DNA of 64,000 nucleotides, taken from assembly GCA_903885595.1 (NCBI GenBank), contig CAISJJ010000250.1, positions 12,207 to 76,206 on the forward strand. The letters are read 5' to 3'. Position 1 is the stretch's first letter. Every line of letters starts with the position of its first letter. Shown here piece by piece: positions 58,612-64,000 of this stretch. This stretch comes from an uncultured Bacteroidales bacterium (lineage in GTDB: Bacteria; Bacteroidota; Bacteroidia; Bacteroidales; FEN-979). Under the pieces are notes generated by a model. It did not search any database. It saw nothing but the letters and a program-made list of their open reading frames with translations, and was not told where the DNA came from. Position numbers and translations under genes: made by a program.

Positions 58612-59095
58612 AATAATTCAGTCAAAGATTTACACATGGGATCACATTCGAAGACAACTTTCGATTTGGCGTTTTAAGGATAAAAAAATTGTGTTCAGCA
58701 ATGGATGCTTTGATGTGTTGCATCTTGGGCATATTGAATATCTTTCCAAAGCCCGTGACATGGGTGATATACTGATTATCGGGCTCAACTCCGACGATTC
58801 GGTCCGCCGTATCAAGGGAGCCCACCGCCCGGTTAACAATGAAGAAGCTCGTGCCATTACCCTTGGGGCATTATCATTTGTGGATAGTGTAGTTCTTTTC
58901 AGTGAAGATACACCATATGAACTGATCAAACTTGTTCAACCTGATATTCTTGTAAAAGGGAAGGATTATGATAACAAGGAAATCGTTGGCAGCGATGTGG
59001 TAAAAGCCAGAGGTGGCCAGGTGGTAACCATTGAACTGACAAAAGGATATTCAACAACCCATACGATTGAACTTGCTCAGAAAGTACACCTTTGA
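58598..59095 (+). CDS. rfaE2: D-glycero-beta-D-manno-heptose 1-phosphate adenylyltransferase (RfaE2/HldC-like)
   Basis: FSNGCFDVLHLGH, GLNSDDSVRRIKG and GYSTT motifs. Confidence 0.9.
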   Translation: MERLKIIQSKIYTWDHIRRQLSIWRFKDKKIVFSNGCFDVLHLGHIEYLSKARDMGDILIIGLNSDDSVRRIKGAHRPVNNEEARAITLGALSFVDSVVLFSEDTPYELIKLVQPDILVKGKDYDNKEIVGSDVVKARGGQVVTIELTKGYSTTHTIELAQKVHL

Positions 59096-60495
59096 AAACC
59101 AAAACCGCATTTTTCTGCCAGAACTGTGGTGCCCAGGCTCCCAAGTGGATGGGCAAATGCAATGTATGCGGAGAGTGGAATACCTTTGTTGAGGAGGTAA
59201 TTCAGCGGGAGGATAAGGGTTCTGTAAAATCGGCGTTCAGTGACCGGAGATCAGTAGTTCCTGTCAAAATATCCGAAGTTGCTTTTACCCTGGAAGCACG
59301 ATTGAACACACATGACCAGGAGTTGAACAGGGTGCTGGGAGGTGGACTTGTTCCCGGATCACTCACACTTATAGGGGGAGAACCTGGTATTGGTAAATCA
59401 ACACTCATGCTGCAGGTGGCGCTCAAGTGTTCAGATCAGAAAATTCTTTACATTACAGGAGAGGAGAGTGACCAGCAGATCAGGATGCGGGCTGAAAGAC
59501 TGGGGATCAGGAACGAAAACTGCTATATCCTTACCGAGACCAATACCCAGGCTATTTTTCAGCACCTTGAATCACTGCGCCCCGGCATCATCATTGCCGA
59601 CTCAATCCAGACCCTGCAAACCGATCATATTGAATCGTCTGCCGGGAGTGTTTCTCAAATCAAAGAGTGCGCAGCTGAAATGCAAAAGTATTCGAAACTG
59701 ACCAATACCCCGGTTTTTCTCATCGGGCACATAACAAAGGACGGCAGCCTGGCCGGGCCCAAGATACTCGAGCATATGGTCGATACCGTACTGCAGTTTG
59801 AGGGCGACCGGAATTATGGCTACCGGATCCTGCGTTCTTTGAAAAATCGTTTCGGATCAACCTCCGAACTGGGCATCTATGAGATGAACGATACGGGGTT
59901 GCGCGAGGTAACCAATCCTTCGGAGATATTGCTAAGCCAGCGAGACGAAGCCGTGAGTGGCATTGCTATAGCTGCAATGATGGAGGGACAGCGCTCCATG
60001 CTGATTGAGACCCAGGCGCTGGTTAGCACAGCCGTTTATGGAACCCCTCAACGGTCAACCACCGGCTTTGATGTGAGGCGTCTCAATATGCTGCTTGCCG
60101 TACTTGAGAAACGCAGTGGTTTCAGACTTGGTCATAAAGATGTTTTTCTCAATATTGCCGGGGGTATTAAAGTGGATGACCCTGCCATTGACCTGGCCGT
60201 AGTGGCCGCCGTACTTTCATCCAACCAGGACTACCCTGTCGATTCAAAGACCTGTTTTGCTGCGGAAGTGGGCCTCAGTGGAGAGATACGACCGATAAAC
60301 CGCATCGAACAGCGCATTTCGGAGGCTGATAAACTGGGGTTCGATCGCATTTTTATTTCCAGATATAATACAAAGGGCCTGGACTTCAAACGGTATTCCA
60401 TTCATATAATCCCGGTGGCAAAAATGGAAGATGTATACCGGCACCTGTTTTCGGGACAGGGAGCACGCGACACGGCCCATGAGAAAATTGATTAA
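59092..60495 (+). CDS. radA: DNA repair protein RadA/Sms
   Basis: C4 zinc finger, GEPGIGKST, KNRFG and EVGLSGE motifs; TTG start. Confidence 0.97.
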   Translation: MKTKTAFFCQNCGAQAPKWMGKCNVCGEWNTFVEEVIQREDKGSVKSAFSDRRSVVPVKISEVAFTLEARLNTHDQELNRVLGGGLVPGSLTLIGGEPGIGKSTLMLQVALKCSDQKILYITGEESDQQIRMRAERLGIRNENCYILTETNTQAIFQHLESLRPGIIIADSIQTLQTDHIESSAGSVSQIKECAAEMQKYSKLTNTPVFLIGHITKDGSLAGPKILEHMVDTVLQFEGDRNYGYRILRSLKNRFGSTSELGIYEMNDTGLREVTNPSEILLSQRDEAVSGIAIAAMMEGQRSMLIETQALVSTAVYGTPQRSTTGFDVRRLNMLLAVLEKRSGFRLGHKDVFLNIAGGIKVDDPAIDLAVVAAVLSSNQDYPVDSKTCFAAEVGLSGEIRPINRIEQRISEADKLGFDRIFISRYNTKGLDFKRYSIHIIPVAKMEDVYRHLFSGQGARDTAHEKID

Positions 60496-60499
60496 ACTG

Positions 60500-60694
60500 C
60501 TATTCCAGTTCTTTTAAAATCCTGGATACCTCTTCTTCCGTCGAAGTGAGTTTACTTTTACAGATCCTGATCAGCAAGGCGGCTCTCTTTACCTTTTCTG
60601 ATAACACATCCACAGAAATATCTCCCCCTTCAATTTCAGACACTATTTCCTGAAGTTCTTCAAAGGCTTCAGTATAATTAGGCTCCTTATTCAT
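60500..60694 (-). CDS. xseB: Exodeoxyribonuclease VII small subunit
   Basis: YTEAFEELQEIV.EIE...C..KL pattern; follows xseA. Confidence 0.92.
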   Translation of the reverse strand: MNKEPNYTEAFEELQEIVSEIEGGDISVDVLSEKVKRAALLIRICKSKLTSTEEEVSRILKELE

Positions 60695-62096
60695 ATTTTT
60701 CTGCTTTTTTTACTGATTGTGCAATGCTTGTTATATTTCCATCCGGCAAAATGGTTTTCAAAATTGTACCCTCGCGAAGATCTTCAACCGTTTTCAACAC
60801 TTTGCCATTGACCATGGTGATGCTGTATCCACGGTTGAAAATATTAACCGGGTTTAAAAGCGCTATGTTCTTTTCGATTCCTGCAACAACCTGAACTTCT
60901 CTACGGATGAAGTTGCGTGCCCTATTTAATATATTAACCCCCGTTGCGTCGATTAACGGAATTTTTAAAACCAACATCCGTCTGGAACCTTTTTCAATCA
61001 GGATTAAATTTTGATGAATGTGTTTCTCCCGCTGCTGATGAATGAAATATTTTGAATGCTGCTGCAATACCTTGATTTCATTTCCGACATCCTGATTAAA
61101 CCTCGCCAGCGCCGACATGGTAACTGACTTATAGAACCGGACCGTATTCAGCATCCTTACTTTTTCATCCTGCATTAGCCTGCTGAAGAATCCGGTTATG
61201 GTTTCAAAGGCTCTCTGAACAGGAACAGAAAAGTTGTGAAATTTTTGAATGAGATAATCTGCTAATTCAGTCGGGGTAATCGCATTTTTAAAAGCAATCA
61301 TTTCAGAAACCGTTTCATTGGTCGAATGACCGATGCCGGTTATTACAGGCAACGGGAACAAAGCAATTGCCTTTGATAGTTCATAATTGTTATAACAAGT
61401 CAAACCCACATCCCCGCCTCCCCCGCGAATAATGGCAACCACATCGAAATGATGCTTCACCCTCCTGATTTGCTCCAGCTGGCCAATAATGGATTCAACT
61501 GCATTTTCCCCCTGAAGTAATGCAGGAAAAAGCATATGAAAAAAGGTGTACCCCCATTCATTGCCATCAATGATTTTACGAAAATCTGCGTATCCTTTGC
61601 TGGTTTGAACCGATATCACAGCAATACGCTTTGGGAGTAATGATAACAATAATCCCTTGTTTGCATTAAAAAGGCCCTCTTTCCTTATTTTTTCAATTGT
61701 CTGCTGTTTTTCCTTTTCAAGTTCGCCCAATGACCATGACGGGTCAATATCGATAATCCTCAGGCTCAGTCCATATACCGGACTGAAGGATATTTTTGCA
61801 CAGAAAAGAATATTGATTCCATTTTTCAAGGGTTCATGAAGGATATTCAGAAAATTTTCATTTACTCTCTTAAAATCATCTTTCCAGATGGTGGATCTCA
61901 GTTCAGCAACAATTTTGCCATCGGTTTTTTCGACCAGGTCGGGATAACAATGCCCCGATTGGGGGTAATGATTCAGCTTGTTCATCTCCGCTTTGATCCA
62001 AAATGAACCTGTATAGCGTTGCGATAAGGTTTTTTGAATACTGAGTGTGACCTCCAGCAGCGAAAAAATCGTTCGATCATTAACTTTCTCCGGCAT
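60687..62096 (-). CDS. xseA: Exodeoxyribonuclease VII large subunit
   Basis: SGHCY, IIRGGG, ITGIGH and TPT motifs. Start MPEKVN at 62096. Confidence 0.94.
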   Translation of the reverse strand: MPEKVNDRTIFSLLEVTLSIQKTLSQRYTGSFWIKAEMNKLNHYPQSGHCYPDLVEKTDGKIVAELRSTIWKDDFKRVNENFLNILHEPLKNGINILFCAKISFSPVYGLSLRIIDIDPSWSLGELEKEKQQTIEKIRKEGLFNANKGLLLSLLPKRIAVISVQTSKGYADFRKIIDGNEWGYTFFHMLFPALLQGENAVESIIGQLEQIRRVKHHFDVVAIIRGGGGDVGLTCYNNYELSKAIALFPLPVITGIGHSTNETVSEMIAFKNAITPTELADYLIQKFHNFSVPVQRAFETITGFFSRLMQDEKVRMLNTVRFYKSVTMSALARFNQDVGNEIKVLQQHSKYFIHQQREKHIHQNLILIEKGSRRMLVLKIPLIDATGVNILNRARNFIRREVQVVAGIEKNIALLNPVNIFNRGYSITMVNGKVLKTVEDLREGTILKTILPDGNITSIAQSVKKAEKYE

Positions 62097-62162
62097 TGTA
62101 CTGTTAGGATGAGTGACCTGGGAATCTATATCAGCCAAATTTACAACGAAACTCAAATTATT

Positions 62163-62170
62163 TACCTTTG
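62163..62170 (+). promoter_or_regulatory. Bacteroidota -7 box (TACCTTTG)
   Basis: Consensus match about 30 nt upstream of the YvlD-like gene. Confidence 0.55.
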
Positions 62171-62200
62171 CAGAAGATTTTTATTCAAAATTTTATCGAT

Positions 62201-62560
62201 ATGCCATTTATTCTTAGATTATTCATTACCTCGGTTGCCATCCTGCTGGGGGGGTATCTTCTGCCGGGTATTCATGTTGGTTCCTTTTGGACCGCGATGC
62301 TTGTTGCGTTGGTGCTCAGCCTGCTGAATATTTTTTTAAAACCGTTGATGATCCTGCTGACTCTTCCATTTACCATCTTTTCCTTTGGACTGTTCCTGCT
62401 CGCTATCAATGCTTTCATTATCATGATTGCAGGAGCATGGGTGCCTGGGTTTGTCGTAGATGGTTTCTGGTGGGCACTACTCTTCAGTATTATCCTTTCG
62501 TTGATTTCTTCATTACTGGAAAGCCTGGTTAAACACGATGAGAGCACGCGCAATTACTGA
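62201..62560 (+). CDS. YvlD / 'phage holin family' 4-TM membrane protein
   Basis: LLPGIHV, LNIFLKP..LLTLP.TI..FGLF..INA and GFWWAL motifs. Confidence 0.88.
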   Translation: MPFILRLFITSVAILLGGYLLPGIHVGSFWTAMLVALVLSLLNIFLKPLMILLTLPFTIFSFGLFLLAINAFIIMIAGAWVPGFVVDGFWWALLFSIILSLISSLLESLVKHDESTRNY

Positions 62561-62999
62561 AAAAAAGGAGTTCGTTGAAATAATTCAACGCTGCCAGTGG
62601 TGCCATCTTGCCATGACCGATCTTGAAGGAAAACCTTATGTAATCCCCATGAATTTTGGCTTTAAGGATGAGGTGATCTACCTTCATGGCGCACAACACG
62701 GCAAGAAAATTGATATTCTTACATTACATCCCGCCGTTTGCATCAATTTCACTGCTGACCATCTCTTACGTTATCAGAATGAAGAGGTGGCGTGCTCATG
62801 GAGTATGAAATACCGAAGCGTTCTTTGTTATGGAGAGGCTGAATTCATTACCAGTCCGGAAGAAAAAATTGCTGCCTTCCACATCATAATGGCGCATTAC
62901 GCAGAGAGGGAATTTAAATTCAATCCCCCTGCAATCCGTGAAGTAAATGTTTGGAAAGTCAAGGTATTGAAGCTTGAAGGAAGAGCTTATGGGTATTAA
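62538..62999 (+). CDS. Pyridoxamine 5'-phosphate oxidase-like flavin-binding protein (NimA-like)
   Basis: PYVIPMNF, IYLHGA..GKK and YRSV..G motifs. Confidence 0.85.
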   Translation: MRARAITEKKEFVEIIQRCQWCHLAMTDLEGKPYVIPMNFGFKDEVIYLHGAQHGKKIDILTLHPAVCINFTADHLLRYQNEEVACSWSMKYRSVLCYGEAEFITSPEEKIAAFHIIMAHYAEREFKFNPPAIREVNVWKVKVLKLEGRAYGY

Positions 63000-63015
63000 A
63001 AACAAAGGGATAAAT

Positions 63016-63579
63016 CTATTTTAATTTGAAAACCACCCCGATGTTTGCATAGGTTGAATTAAACCCTACCTCGCCATTGATTCCAATAGTCTTCGTGAAA
63101 AAATAAGAAGCGCCAAGAAACACTCCAACATATGGAAAAACCGGCATTGACCCCAAACTTCCACTTTGATCATCCCCGAAGTTTGCACTAAACCCTATTC
63201 CCAGCGGGACTCCTCCATAGGTATCCAAACCTTCAACATCCCAGCCATAATGATAAGCGCCACGCGCGCCAAAAATAAAATTGATCCACGATTCATGCCA
63301 GTCCTGTCCATAGTGGTAGTTGAAAAATGAAAAGGTGGCTTCACCACCCAGGGTGATTACCCCGGGACCAAGATCAAAAAGGCCAGCTTCGAACGATCCT
63401 TTCAAAGCCGGTCCAAACCCAATACCATTACCAAAATAATGTGTGCCAGGTCCAATTCCTGCATTAACTACCCACGTTCCCAATCTCACCGGATCAAGCG
63501 GTCCCGTTGCAAAAATACCTTTAGGGGTTGCTACAGCAACCAATAATAACAATAAAGTGATTTTCACTGTCTTTTGCAT
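63016..63579 (-). CDS. Outer-membrane beta-barrel protein
   Basis: Signal peptide, amphipathic strands, GASYFF...GEVG and terminal GVVFKL. Confidence 0.78.
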   Translation of the reverse strand: MQKTVKITLLLLLVAVATPKGIFATGPLDPVRLGTWVVNAGIGPGTHYFGNGIGFGPALKGSFEAGLFDLGPGVITLGGEATFSFFNYHYGQDWHESWINFIFGARGAYHYGWDVEGLDTYGGVPLGIGFSANFGDDQSGSLGSMPVFPYVGVFLGASYFFTKTIGINGEVGFNSTYANIGVVFKLK

Positions 63580-63803
63580 ATGAAAGGTTTTAATTGATGA
63601 CCGAACTCAGTTGAATGATGTAATTGTAAAATTCTCGTGATAGGAGTCCGATTTAGTATTTACTGCTTCAACAAAGAATATAAACCGGTTTTCATCCAGG
63701 TCAATAAGTACAACGAATGAAACAATAGCTGGATTACCTATTCCGGTCAGGTTGATTATAACGTAAATTGTGTCTGAATTGTTTTAATCCCGGTGATTAT
63801 TTA

Positions 63804-64000
63804 TCAGGGTTGCTGAATCCCTTTAGAAATGAACCACATGGTGAGCATCCCAATCCCCCAGCCAATCAATCCTCCGGCAATCCATCCTCCAATAATATCA
63901 CCGGGATAATGCACTCCCAGGTAAATGCGGGTATAAGCCATGAAAAAAGCCCATGCAATAATGAACAGAGAAAAGTATCGGAACCTTTTCTGAAAAATGC
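63804..64000 (-). CDS. PAP2-family phosphatase, 5' part outside the window
   Basis: Not in the ORF track. The minus strand reads ...AYTRIYLGVHYPGDIIGG...QQP* (PAP2 motif 3); stop at 63804. Confidence 0.88.
   Translation of the reverse strand, partial: IFQKRFRYFSLFIIAWAFFMAYTRIYLGVHYPGDIIGGWIAGGLIGWGIGMLTMWFISKGIQQP

Noticed and set aside
62201-62560. 'Phage holin' as evidence of a prophage
   Set aside because: YvlD-type proteins are common chromosomal membrane proteins; no endolysin, structural or integrase genes are nearby.
62538-62999. nim nitroimidazole-resistance gene
   Set aside because: Only the broad flavin-binding family is supported; there is no IS-driven promoter or mobile context, and resistance cannot be inferred from the sequence.

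Overview
Chromosomal window from a Bacteroidota bacterium, most likely an anaerobic Bacteroidales-type lineage. Evidence: TAnnTTTG -7 promoter boxes, type IX secretion C-terminal tails, mitochondrial-type aconitase and the panB-rluA-DUF4271-hemD-rnpA-yidD-S41 gene order. It is mostly housekeeping: purL, trxB, tRNA-Pro, nfo, gltA/acn/icd, dnaK, panB/panC, rnpA, cdd, mnmA, radA, xseAB and amt. No integrase, transposase, prophage or CRISPR array was seen. Four things stand out. (1) A 1529-aa protein with an adenylation (ANL) domain, an apparent pseudokinase segment and a C-terminal GNAT sits inside the citrate synthase-aconitase-isocitrate dehydrogenase cluster and may be an undescribed acylation-based regulator of the TCA branch. 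(2) Short 7- and 8-nt tandem arrays occur in many intergenic gaps and also lie in frame inside loops or tails of at least six proteins. (3) A decayed panD relic, missed by the ORF track, lies right after panC. (4) There is a DUF1214-sulfotransferase-SDR cluster, a two-component/porin/Amt module without GlnK, and an MnmA with an unusual cysteine set. All family calls come from motif recognition by eye, not database searches.
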